DNA of 64,000 bases from Lingula anatina. Its lineage: Eukaryota; Animalia; Brachiopoda. This document shows positions 48,866 to 59,926 of the stretch, one piece after another (position 1 is the stretch's first letter; every line of letters starts with the position of its first letter). The notes under the pieces are model-generated. The model was not told the DNA's origin. It did not search any database and worked only from the letters and a program-made list of their open reading frames with translations. Made by a program: the position numbers and the translations under genes. The stretch is taken from contig CM120642.1 of assembly GCA_051362555.1 (NCBI GenBank), positions 10,106,001 through 10,170,000 of the forward strand. Direction: 5' to 3'.

Positions 48866-49590
48866 CTGCCTTACACACATTCTTTTGGGTATTAGATAAA
48901 TCTTCAGTGTTCAGTGACTAAATTAATCAACATTTATACATAAGTCATCTTACGGGTGATGTCATAATTGCAATTTTTGGAGTAAGAACTGAAAAAATCG
49001 GTTTCTCAAATTTTTCTTTTACCCGATCCGCGATCACTGTTTAACGCCAATTTGATGACACTATTTACCGGCCTTATAAACGGATTACGCGACTATTAAC
49101 ACTACCCGCAGATCTTTTAGCACAAACAGTAATATTAACCACAAAGCACACGAAATTACCAGTACACCGTACAATTATTTAGCACCAGCAACGCGATTCC
49201 TAGCACTAACATTCATCTGCTCTGGTAGTGCTGGTTAATTTGTGGGTTAGGTGGTTAATATGGGTGTTAGTGCTAAAAGATCTGAGAGTAGTGCTAGTAA
49301 ACGCCCAGTCCGTTTATAACGTCTGATTTAGTCTTCTAAATCCCTGCCAGCGATTTTTCTTGGAAGTCTTAGTTAATATTAAAGCAAAATAATGCCTTTG
49401 TTTGATGAAAATCTCAAAAACATTTAAACCAAAATGGCGGCACGGTATTGTAGCTAACACTCGTGGTAAACTCCGCCAATTTTCGTGATAAAAATCTTGT
49501 TCAAGGATAAGTTATGCCCCATACCGATTGCTCTCTCACCTCAAAATAGAAAGGTTTTTAATTGACGATTAAAGCACTGAGCTGCCTAGG
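48866..49590 (+). repeat. Direct repeat, copy A (paralog of 54458-54950), interrupted by a MITE
   Basis: ctgccttaca...cagtgactaaatt...cggtttctcaaattt...ccccataccgattgct.tctcacctc.aaatagaaagg shared between copies. Confidence 0.88.
49068..49325. mobile_element. 258-bp MITE with long TIRs and 5-bp TSD (ATTTA)
   Basis: TIR c(c/a)g(g/a)c(c/g)ttataaacgga...cactac.c.cagatcttttagcac; ATTTA at 49063-49067 and 49326-49330; absent from the paralogous copy. Confidence 0.85.
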
Positions 49591-49811
49591 TTTATACCGC
49601 GGTACATTGCAACGAGAAATATAAACGCCGATATTTCATATTTTCGAGTTTTTTATCAGTACAAAGATAGATGCTTTACTGATTAATAAGATAGAGGAAA
49701 CCTCATTTTCGGTATCTGGATGATAATCAAGGGTTACTATATCCTTAATGAATGCACCACTACTGGCATAAACTGAAATGAATAAAACAATATATAAAGA
49801 TATCTGCACAT

Positions 49812-50372
49812 TTAGATGTACATATAATTGATGAAAATTGCTATCAAAGCCTGCCAGAACATAAGATTGACTTGGACTGGAGAGAGAGATGTTGGGATAC
49901 CGGCACTCTTTTTTCCAGACGAGATCGCACTTAAGGAGTTGCGGTATCTCATAAAATTGACGTTAAAATTAATTTTGAAATAAATCTGACGGTGAGATTT
50001 TACTTTGACTTCATCCACAAAGCCCTCGAACAATCGATCGGCGTCGCTCACACGATGAACGCCCTGCTTAAGTCTTATCGGTATAACGATGGTGATATTA
50101 CCCCTCTCATCTCGGGGTAGTGTGCACCAATCTCCTTCTATCCCTTCTTCTGATAGCACCCACGCGCCACGTGGTGAAAAGCTAGATAAGTCTCCCCCAC
50201 TAAAAAACTTGAAGCCAAGAGTGCAGAGTGCCAAAAACTCACATGGTCTCTTAATGGGCTCTATAGGACTGAGTTGGATACTTAATTTGAATGTCAAGTT
50301 AATGATAAGATCGAGGGGGAGAGAGCACCACTTTACATCCGCTGGACATTCTTCGGACTGCTTACAGGCATC
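49812..50372 (-). CDS. Probable downstream or terminal exon of the SMB gene (DACKQSEECPADVKWC...hydrophobic C-terminus)
   Basis: tattttag acceptor, 187-codon frame extending ORF 49812..50297; ends SAGIPTSLSPVQVNLMFWQALIAIFINYMYI. Confidence 0.6.
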   Translation of the reverse strand, partial: DACKQSEECPADVKWCSLPLDLIINLTFKLSIQLSPIEPIKRPCEFLALCTLGFKFFSGGDLSSFSPRGAWVLSEEGIEGDWCTLPRDERGNITIVIPIRLKQGVHRVSDADRLFEGFVDEVKVKSHRQIYFKINFNVNFMRYRNSLSAISSGKKSAGIPTSLSPVQVNLMFWQALIAIFINYMYI

Positions 50373-50392
50373 CTAAAATACAATCCAAATGG

Positions 50393-50778
50393 TACAGGTC
50401 ATAAAAACGAATAAGGCTTTCCTGATTTCGAGCCTCGGGTTCGTGATCGCAAATGACGAATTATTGGCTCAAACTGCGATATCATGCCACGAACGTAAAT
50501 TTAGTGGGCGCGAGCACCGCGATACAAATCGCGAATCTTTTCGGTACCTGTTCGGTACGTTCCGCATGTACGGGTTGGGGGTTGAGAAAAAGAACCCTTT
50601 GTTAATTGCTAGAGACCCGGATGAATGCTAGCTTTTATGTACATGGGGTACATGTGATGCCAGCGACCACTTATTATACATTCACGCCATGACATCGCGA
50701 TTTAAGTATTTAATTCGTTCGCGATAACAAATCCCAGGTTCGAGATCGCAAACGGCATTTACTGTTTATGAGGCGTGT
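50393..50778. mobile_element. MITE-like element with diverged ~65-bp TIRs
   Basis: tcataaa...gat.tcga.cct.gg.tt.gt.atcgc.aa..cgaatta present in inverted orientation at both ends; CpG-rich. Confidence 0.6.
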
Positions 50779-50794
50779 GCTAGTGGAAAAATAT

Positions 50795-51105
50795 CAGGCC
50801 TACCCAACTACCAGACTCGACACCGAATGATCCTGAATTCACCGGTAGTTGGGACCACACTACCCGTTTCAAGGTATGCGTCAGTACGAGCTTCGAAGTA
50901 TCCGACGCGACACCGCTCCTGCCTAACCGATGCGATAGCGATGATTCTGAGCGGGGTTGGAAAGTAGTGCATCTCATCTCATTTCAAAATTTGTTCCGGG
51001 GTATATGATACTGTGAAATTCGTACTGACGCACAACTTCAAAACGGGTAGTGTGGTCCGATCTACCGGATCATTCGGTGCCGAGTCTGGTAGTTGGGTAG
51101 GCCTG
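50795..51105. mobile_element. MITE with long TIRs (CAGGCCTACCCAACTACCAGACTCG), hAT-like termini
   Basis: About 39-bp near-perfect TIR followed by a second inverted block (ccggtag...gaccacactacccgttt); no clean TSD. Confidence 0.82.
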
Positions 51106-51256
51106 AATTTGTATAAAACAATTTAAACTACAGGTACATTTTCCTGTGCGTGGTAAGGCCAGCGTGCTTATAGGTTGCCGTTATAAGTCAAATTTGACAA
51201 TTCAATGAAATAATGAAATAGAATGACAACTTTCTACATTACTCACTTTAATTTAC

Positions 51257-51272
51257 CATACTTGGAGGCTCA
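51257..51272 (-). CDS. Candidate 16-nt microexon of the SMB gene (EPPSM), phase 2-0
   Basis: gttcccctag acceptor, ATG|gtaaat donor; bridges to the phase-0 exon at 50372. Confidence 0.35.
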
Positions 51273-51549
51273 CTAGGGGAACATATACAAATGATAACAT
51301 ATAACAAAATGGAAAAAAAATCCCTACATTAGATACAATAACAGACTCCCCTTAAAAATTCTTCTAGAATTTTCTGTAAAGGTAACCCAACTACCAATGG
51401 ATTCATGTACCAGAATAAAGACAACACTGCAAATATGAAGAATATGAACTCTTCAGATGATATATTCGAAGTGTTATTTTCGTTTATATTTCGGGTTTCA
51501 ACTATATTTTAATGTGGCGCAAATGAGTTAAAGAATTATGCATGCTTAC

Positions 51550-51580
51550 GCGAGTCCAAGTTTCCTGGCAGCGTGCCTCT
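51550..51580 (-). CDS. Candidate 31-nt exon of the SMB gene (ERHAARKLGLA), phase 1-2
   Basis: ttatcacag acceptor, GC|gtaagc donor; phase matches exon 1. Confidence 0.45.
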
Positions 51581-52038
51581 CTGTGATAATCAATTAAAGC
51601 AGAAAGGCCATGTGGTTCGAACCCCTTCCTCTCTAGTTCGTCTGGAGGTTGAAAGGTCAAGTATTAGGTGCACAAAAAATGATGTGCAAAATAATCGTCC
51701 TAATAAATCGATAAGTTAATAGAATTTTATCTAACTATACCAAACACTGAGAATAAAATCGGAGTCCAAGTGACTCCAAACTTGGAGTCCAGCAGTGGTG
51801 CCTAAAATAACTCCCAATTGGAGTCAAGTTGACACCAATGGAGTAATGCCATTCCAGACCCCACAGGAGGGTCACAATTGACTCCATTCACACATCCGTT
51901 CATCCCTTGATATATCTCTACAAAAGAGACATGACGCCATACTAAGGAATTTTTTACTCCTTGGGACATCACGAACAAAAAACATTAACAATAGTACCAA
52001 GGGGAGAGACAGCAAGTATCATTGACTCCAGACTGTTG

Positions 52039-52111
52039 TGTCCCCGGACGGGTTCGAGCCCACGTTATCCTGTCCCACAGGCGGACACTCTAACCACTCG
52101 ACCATGCGGTC
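52039..52111 (-). pseudogene. Degenerate tRNA-like sequence or SINE head inside the CACTA element
   Basis: A box TGGTCGAGTGG, B box GGCTCGAACCC, tRNA spacing, CT-GTG-GG loop; acceptor and anticodon stems mispaired. Confidence 0.55.
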
Positions 52112-52170
52112 ACATGTGGTATGAAAGGAGCAATAACAAACAGTTTGTAAATCTGGTAATAAACAGTATG

Positions 52171-52182
52171 ACACACACACAA

Positions 52183-52221
<39 letters not shown>

Positions 52222-52222
52222 C
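52171..52222. repeat. (CA)n(TA)n compound microsatellite
   Basis: Direct reading. Confidence 0.93.
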
Positions 52223-52948
52223 ACCACAAATATACCAATGAGTGAGCATACCTCTCCACTGACATGACACTGACAACCTGGAAACAAAACCTGCTGACCT
52301 GTATACCAACATACCACATAAGGGTGTGGCAACTGAAAGCCCGGGCCAGTAATAAGTGCACGAGATCTGCATGCAGAAACACACTGAAAACCACTTGTCC
52401 ATGCATAAAACCAACTATGGTCAATAAAGTAATGTTTATACTGACAAAGCAAGATGAAAACTGTTCTCTCCACGCCGTCTGCTCACTGCCATCACAAGTA
52501 ATGAAACGAAGCTTACTGTCCAGCGAGCGAAACAAGTCGGTGAAAGGGGTCAGCCAGACACTGGCCCCCGATAATTTGACTCTGATTTTAGAGTCAGATT
52601 GACTCCATGAGAGCCAGGGGGTGATTGACTTTGATAAGAGAGTCTAAAGCTCTGGTAGTGGGGTAATTTGACCCTTATATAGGAGTCAAATTAACTCCAT
52701 GAGGGTCAAGGGGTGCTGGACTCTGACTAGAGAGTCAAATGACTCCAATTTTATTCTCAGTGAACATTGTGATTGTGAATGGGGTCGCTAAGTCAGTTAC
52801 TTTAAGATCAAAACAGTTGGAAAGCGTATTTAAAATAATAATAATGGATCATAAACAAAAAGCAGGTAAGAATATTATGACACAATTTCTCTTTCTTTTT
52901 GGTAATGGCCTCAATAAAAATAACAAACGTATGATCAAGATGACTTAC

Positions 52949-54110
52949 CATTTTCGTTACACTTTTGAATGCTTGGGATAGTAATCCGTGGCAGGCGACA
53001 AAGCCAACAGTAAATATTTCGACCATAAGAGTATCCATGGGGTCCTGCAAAATAAGTCACGGACACGGGTCCGTAATTACAAAGACGCGAGGACTCAGCG
53101 TCGGCTCTGTTTGGACATATCCCGTCAACCGTCCCACTCAGTGGTTCGTGCACCCCTCCAGGGCCTATGCAAGGGCGCCCTGGGTACTGTTCCGGAGCAT
53201 CAAAGAGCACCATGCAATCTGGTGTCAAATGAATCTGCTCCAAAAGTCCGGCAACGGTCTTAACGTCTTTGAAAACTTCTATTTTTGACTTCTGACAAAC
53301 AATCTTGGGTTTCCATGCTTTGTGTGACATCGCTTTGTGACATTCTGCACAGAAAGCGTTTTTAAATGTGACATTTGCCTTTGTTGATGAGACGGGCAAT
53401 AAAACATTAATGTCAGTGGACCAACCATTGAACTCGCATTTCTTTCGAACAGCTTCATCACTCCAGTGACTTGGACATGAAGACACGACCCAATAGAATT
53501 TACTGTCATCGTCAGCGATTTCTCTGGATGCCTGTAACCAACACTTTGTATCATTTTTCTGTACTTCAAAGCTCGTGACTCTGGTGTCGTTGCAAAAGCG
53601 GTCATATGGCCAACAACAATCACCAAACACGTTACACAAGTCGTCGCAGAAACAAGTTACGAGGACGACATCATTGGTCAAGCTGTCTTGAAGTCTAGCA
53701 CAAAACGGGGTGTTAACTGTTACGTTCAACAACATCAGTTCTCTCTGTGAATACAGCATTGAAAAAGTTGAACCAACCTGGTCTAGTTTGGGTGTTGGGT
53801 TAAATGAATGTTCTTGAGAATCGTGACCAGTGCTTCTTTGGTCTGTGATTATGGGGTTGTCACTTTCGGTGACCACTGGAGGGCCGGTTTGGTCTCTGGT
53901 GCTTTCGTGTCTAGGTCGAGTCGTTCTCAACTGGTTGTCGCGACTGCTGACGGTTTCAGGAGAAAACAAAGTTGTAGACGTGACAGTGGCGGAGTTACTT
54001 ATTGACCTAGGGTTTCTTTGCTTTGGCACACCGGCTGCATGCCCATCATTAAAACTTTTTGAACTGACCAAAAAATACAAAACCATCGCCAAAAGCATTA
54101 CGACCTTCAT
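52949..54110 (-). CDS. Exon 1 of a secreted/surface somatomedin-B (SMB) domain cysteine-rich protein
   Basis: Signal peptide MKVVMLLAMVLYFLVSS; S/T-rich linker; SMB motif CFCDDLCNVFGDCC; VSSCP..W....RKKCE, PVSS...TFKNAFCAECH...W and YGRNIYCWLC motifs as in ectodomains of invertebrate SMB-containing Mth-like/adhesion GPCRs; G|gtaagt donor after 52949. Confidence 0.85.
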
Positions 54111-54154
54111 GTTTGATTACCCTCTTTTCTCTAATGCTCTGCTATGGTATTTTG

Positions 54155-54293
54155 TTTATATACTTGCTGGCGCATACGTGTTTTTGGAAGATGGCTGGTA
54201 TCGTCGTTTTGTTTAGAGGTTTAGAATTGCCGTCTCACAAAGATGAATGATTTGAACCAATCAGGAAGAGCAAGACAAATGGTTTAAGCCAAT
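54155..54293 (-). promoter_or_regulatory. Core promoter of the SMB gene: TATA box plus two CCAAT boxes
   Basis: TATATAAA (minus strand, 54162-54155) about 45 nt upstream of the ATG; CCAATCAG at 54257 and 54289, 32 bp apart (NF-Y consensus). Confidence 0.65.
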
Positions 54294-54457
54294 CAGAAAC
54301 ATACCTGTAATACCGCACACTCATATAATTGTTAAGACAACTTTTGGATGTCTGCGATCTTCTAGTATCAAAACTCAAATTTTTTTGTGATTTTATTAGT
54401 TTTCTTCGAAAGACAGGATGTTAACAGGGAAAGTAAAAGATTTGGAAACGTGGCTTT

Positions 54458-54950
54458 CTGCCTTACATACATTACTTGGGTAATAAATTAATCTTCAGTA
54501 TGCAGTGACTAAATTGATTAACATTTATACATATGTCATCATACGTCATAATTGCAATTTTGGGGTAAGAACTGAAACATCGGTTTCTCAAATTTCTCTT
54601 TTACCTGATCACCCACGATCACCGTTTTAACGCCGAAGTAATGACACCATTTAGTACCCTAAAACCCTGACAGCGATTTTTCTTAAAAGTCTTAGTTCAT
54701 ATTTTATCGTCGAAAATGGAAAATAACGCCTTCTTTTAATGAAAGTCTGTAATAAGGGGCTCATTACTCCATAACAAAGACATTTAAACCAAAATTACGG
54801 CACGGGATTGTCGCCTATATTCTCTTGGTCACCTCTGCTAATTCTCGTGATAATTGGGGATTGAAGTTTTTCCCCATACCGATTGCTATCTCACCTCGAA
54901 ATAGAAAGGTGTTTAACTGAAGATTAAAGCTTTGAGTTGCCCAAGCTTAT
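54458..54950 (+). repeat. Direct repeat, copy B (paralog of 48866-49590), empty site for the MITE
   Basis: Same blocks in the same order; single ATTTA at 54649-54653. Confidence 0.88.
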
Positions 54951-55148
54951 ACAGACTTGACATTTAATATGGAATATTTCAGTTTCGAAGGTGTGCCAAG
55001 GTAGAAATGCGTTCTTTTTTCTAAAAACTGATATCTCATATAAGATATGTGAATGGAGAAATGTGTAGTCAGGTGTGTCGCTTCCAATTAACTGAATACC
55101 AGGTTTGTTACGCTGCTGCATTATGTAATATGAAGTAATTTAATTGGG

Positions 55149-56343
55149 TAGTGCTCCTTTGGGCAGGTCAAAGCATGGCTTTGGCAAAGCACGGTTCTGT
55201 CAAAAAAGTATCCATATGTCGGCAACTACTGCATAGAAGAATTTGAAATTTTGCATGCAAGTGGTCGGTTTTGCAGTGTGTAAAATGAGCTATGCAGTGC
55301 TTTGCAAGTTTGTTAATCTGTGGCAAAATGGCACGAAAAAGACAGACATTGCCAGACAGTTAATTGCGCCAAACGAAACGGTCCGCACAGTTTTATAGAG
55401 TAATGCCCAGACTGATGTACCTACACAGAGGCCACACCCAATGTATTAAAATCTTACCACCAGAGTACAGGACCCACTGTCTTTCAGGATATGCCGTTGC
55501 AACTAAACAAAAACCACCCAGTCCGTTCAGAATGAGGGGTAAATTGCCACCAAAACGCATTTTTCAAGGCCCTTAGCGAACACCAAACTGTTTTTTGCAG
55601 GTTAGAATACCAGACTACCTCCGAGGAACCCACTGTAAACAGCAAAACATCGTTGTATGTTTCTCTAATGAATTAGGGACCATGACCGTTTCTGGGTTGA
55701 ACACTGAAACCTCGTGGCTTTCTTTATTGAGGTCAGATTTCACCTGTATCGCTCAACTAGTCAAAACAGAGTTTACAGACATCCAGAAGAGGCCAACGAC
55801 GAAGAGTGTGCCGCCTCTAAAGTGACTTAGGTCATTAACAGCGTCAGTATTTGAAGTGGATACCACATTGGTGCCAAAACACCAATGGCAGTCATCGACG
55901 AAAACCTGAACCAGATTAAATAAAGGAATAATCTGGGAACCACTTGACTATCATTTGATAGGGGGCACCTTAAGAACAATTTTAGGTTGTAGGGTGGGAT
56001 TGCCGGTTCACACAGAGCACTTTTAATAACAGATTACTTAGAGAACCAAGGGAATGAACAGCTACCTTGGTCATCAAAACCGCCATATTTGAACCACGTA
56101 GACAATATGTGGGTAGGCCATTACTCGCCAAATGAATGGCCTACATGTCCTACAACAAAACTGGGCCAAATTGGACAGATTTCGACCGATGCCTGGAATG
56201 TTATTCCAGATTGAACTCTAAAAACATTTCCCAAGGAATGCCTTGTCGCTTGAGAGCGCTGGTAGCAGCCAGAAAAGGTCAGGCGTAACAGCGACTGTTA
56301 CTGTGACTAGACACTGACATGAAGGTCTTTTGTGGAGCGTGTA
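55149..56343 (+). mobile_element. Decayed Tc1/mariner element (transposase pseudogene)
   Basis: MPRL start at 55403; VCFSNE (compare xFSDE) at 55655; GG...L*GGI (compare GGGSxMVWGGI) near 55960-56001; MPCRLRALVAARKG at 56238 (typical Tc1 C-terminus); right end ggagcgtgta; left boundary approximate. Confidence 0.6.
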
Positions 56344-56819
56344 ACTCTTTTACAGACAATAATTTGGAAAATATGGAGTTCTAAAATATCTCATTTAATG
56401 GTTGCCGTATGAAGTAGAAAAGGCAATGTGTTTTTGTTTGCTTCTCTGGCGAATTCCATTAATGAACTGATGTCACAATGACATCAAAGAGATAATTAAA
56501 AGTTATTAGAACACGATTTTAATCCTTATTTTCATTTATCAGTCAGTAAAAACTGATGAAAAATGATTTGGAAAAAATATTCCATATTAAATGTCAAGTC
56601 TGTACTTTGCAACGAAAAAATATAAAAGCAGATATTTTTTGTTTTTCGAGGGATTTTTCATTGATAGATGCATTATTGAATAATTAGAGGCAGAGGCATT
56701 TTCGGTATTTGGATGATAATAAAGGGTTACAATAACCTTAAAACAGCTATTGTTCGATTTCGTGTAGCAAATAAACAATTTGATCGTGGCGATGTTCTGG
56801 CAAGTGCTTTGTTTTGTTT

Positions 56820-57275
56820 AAATGAAGTACCCGGGCGTTGGCCGCGGTACTCCTCCATTTCAACACGATGATTGTTCTGGGTATAACCTTACTACAATCC
56901 GGAGCATCTTATCTGACATTTTCGCTTTTGTCACAAAGCAAAGACAGACAGCTGAGCCCTGGGTTAGATGACCTTCTCTTTCGGAGTCTTTGTTAGTTGT
57001 TTTCGTGAAAAAAAGAATGAAGCATTTTTTCAGAGCCGACATGGGGCCTAACCTAACCCAACCCCAATCCTAACCCTAGATATAGCCTTACTACAACCTG
57101 GAGCATCTTATCTGACATTTTCTCTTTTGTCACAAATCAAAGATGGGCAGCTGAGCCCTGGGTTAAATGATTCTTTCTTCCCGAGGCTTTGTTGGTTGTT
57201 TTCGCGAAAAAATATGCATGAAGCGTTCATTCCATCGCCGACAGGGGAAAACTTATTTATTTTCAAATTTTCAAA
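56820..57275. repeat. Two tandem copies of a ~150-190-bp repeat separated by a degenerate (CCTAA/CCCTAA)n tract
   Basis: ttactacaa.c.ggagcatcttatctgacatttt...cagctgagccctgggtta at 56889 and 57088. Confidence 0.85.
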
Positions 57276-58654
57276 ATTAACAGCTCTGATCGTCGGCGGC
57301 GTTTGATTGCTGTTAACCGTTCACTGTCATTCTACAAAACCACGGAATTTTAATGACTGGATTTGCCACTGGATTGGCGCGGTCAATTACGTATGATACT
57401 TTAGTGCCGTATATACTATATATGGCAATCGTACTTAACCAACAAAACATGTTATTCTAACATATTACATATCAGTGTTTTTGTGCATGCGTCGACTGAT
57501 GCCCCATTATTGGATAAGATTCATCGCGTTTCCTAACACACTTATTCATACTTTCTTCGCCAGACTGAGCTGGTGAAAATGTACAGAGGTAAATAGTAAT
57601 AGTAATAATACAAAAAAGAAAATTTAATATAGATAAATAGTACCAAAATTGTATATATATAGATGTGCATCGCTATTACTCATACATGTCCAGTATTTCA
57701 TAATCGTAAACTAAGTGTGATCTTAATGCCGAGTCAACTGCTCACAGCATGAAACGTACGCTAGCATGACTTAGACATAGAAATTAATTATGCACGGTAC
57801 TGTTTTTGTACTATTTAAAATGAACTTTATATTTAGAGTAACTGTGTGCAGTGATTTTTTAGGCAACTAGATGTGTTTTGGCCAGTCTGCTGGTTTTCCA
57901 GGTTTTCTTTTTCACAATTCTTTTTAACGAAAGAACAAATGGACGCAAAGATGTTTTCGTGGAGCAAAGGACGTCACTTCAGCGATATCCAAATGATGAC
58001 TATATTGTTTGTTAAAGTCTTGCTTAACAGAAATATATATTTCAAAGTTCAGTAAAAATAAAGCAATCTGATAAAAAAAGAAAAGTCTGTTGTTTCTCTA
58101 TTACTCACAGTTTGTCATTTTCACGGTATCTCTACTCTCCACTTTTTTAATATCTCTTGAGCATTTTGCGAGATGTAGCGACTGGTCACATACCTTTTTG
58201 CAATCGGTGATGGTTGCGAGGCAAAAAGAGGTGTCGTGTTCACTGTGAAATTACAGACCTTCTGGCCTTATGGAGATCAAGACTTTGAGCAAGGTAATAT
58301 TAATATTAATTATTATTATTATTTTTATTATTATTATTTATATTATTATTACACTACTGGTTAAATCACAAAGGTAATATACCATCTCTTACAACTGTAA
58401 AATGAGCAAAATTCCTAGGAAATTACATAAACCATCTTTAATTTTACATGTATATTTAATTTTCTTAAGTTCAAATTGAGAAACAAAAAGAAAGTATACG
58501 TCTACAGTCATAAAAGAGCCGACAAATCTAATTCAAATCTAACCCGATAAGGTGAATCATTTCTGCCAAGGAATGGATCCTACAGTTGTGTCATAATGTG
58601 TCACGTGTACGCTCCATGTTTTGCCTCCCTTAACGGATGGATCTGTAACTTTGT

Positions 58655-59926
58655 CCATATCTTCTTTGTATTGGCTCATCTCTTCAACTCCTATGAGTTC
58701 ATGTTTTTATATCTGTGGCGTTCCAAAGGCTTCACTAAAAAATCAATGACCCATCCTACATGTACAGGTAACACTACATGTCGCTAGTGAAAGCGAGCAT
58801 TTTACAAGGCCCATTCAGTTGTCTCGAATATAACCTAATCGTCGAGAAGATTTCGTTATCTAATCATTTACGTACTGTAAACGATATTTACCCTCAAACT
58901 GTTCCTTTTTGTTTATTAATTTCTTTCTTTAAAGGGGGGTGGTAAATTTTGTTGATCTCTCTCTATATGTGTGTGTGTGTGTGTGTGTCTTTGGTAATAG
59001 CTTGTTGATGGCATATACCTATCTATGAACGTTACCTTTTACTGATACAAAATCTAGTCTTATTCTTGGGTCTATTTCCATGAGCATAATCAGTCAAAAA
59101 CAATTTGATTTCCCCATATCATAAACCAAGGGAAGACTAATTTTAAGGTTGGACTTTTAACCATCTTTTATTATTTATTGTTCTTGGGTTTTATTTAACG
59201 TTTGTGTGTTTGCATGGTTATTTGCCATTCACAGAGGTTGAGTTATAACGATTCAATTACAAAATTTACAAAATTGCAACTGTCAAGTTTTGTCACAACG
59301 TAAGACTTTCTTGCCCATGTGCACGAGAGATATTTCGATTAGCTCAACATAAACAGCGTTCTGTCAAGTTCTTTTTGTTTTGTTTTGTTTTGTTTTTTGT
59401 TTTTTTTTTTTGAATAAAGTATCTGGGCTTTGGCCACGGTAATTCAATCATTATGATTGTTCTTACTACAACCCGGAGCATCTTATCTGACATTTTCGCT
59501 TTTGTCACAAACCAAAGACGGACAGCTAAGCCCTGGGTCAAATGACTATTTCTCATTCGGGGTCTTTGTTTGTTGTTTTCGTGAAAAAAATATGCATGAA
59601 GCGTTCGTTTCAGCGCCGATACGGGAAAGCTTATTTATTTTCAAATTTTCTTAAGTAGCCAAATGGAGCTGTATATGTGTCCAAATCTTTTTTGTATTCC
59701 CTCATCTCTGCAACACCCATGAGTTCATGTTTTTATGTCTGCGGCATTCCAAAGGCCTCATTAAAATTAAGCTTCGACCCATCCTACATGTACAGGTAAC
59801 ACTACATGTCGCTAATGAAAACGAGCATTCTACAAGGCCTATTCCGTTGTCTCGAATATAACCTCATCGTCAAGAAGGTTTCGTAAACAAATCATTTAAA
59901 TACTGTAAAGGATATTTACCCTCAAA
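58655..59926. repeat. Direct duplication 58655-58898 / 59681-59926
   Basis: atgagttcatgtttttat...gacccatcctacatgtacaggtaacactacatgtcgcta...gatatttaccctcaaa in both. Confidence 0.88.
59411..59651. repeat. Third copy of the 56.8-57.3 kb repeat
   Basis: Same core at 59463 plus shared upstream aagta.c.gggc.ttggcc.cggta. Confidence 0.85.

Larger units (their letters stand above)
51745..52762. mobile_element. Non-autonomous CACTA/EnSpm-type element
   Basis: TIR CACTGAGAATAAAAT(C/T)GGAGTC at both ends, 2-bp AA TSD, multiple subterminal GGAGTC..../TGACTCC palindromic repeats. Confidence 0.82.

Noticed and set aside
52039-52111. Functional tRNA-His gene
   Set aside because: Acceptor and anticodon stems do not pair; kept only as a degenerate tRNA-like unit.
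51961-52602. Several overlapping 94-141 aa ORFs
   Set aside because: They read through a (CA)n(TA)n microsatellite inside a non-autonomous transposon.
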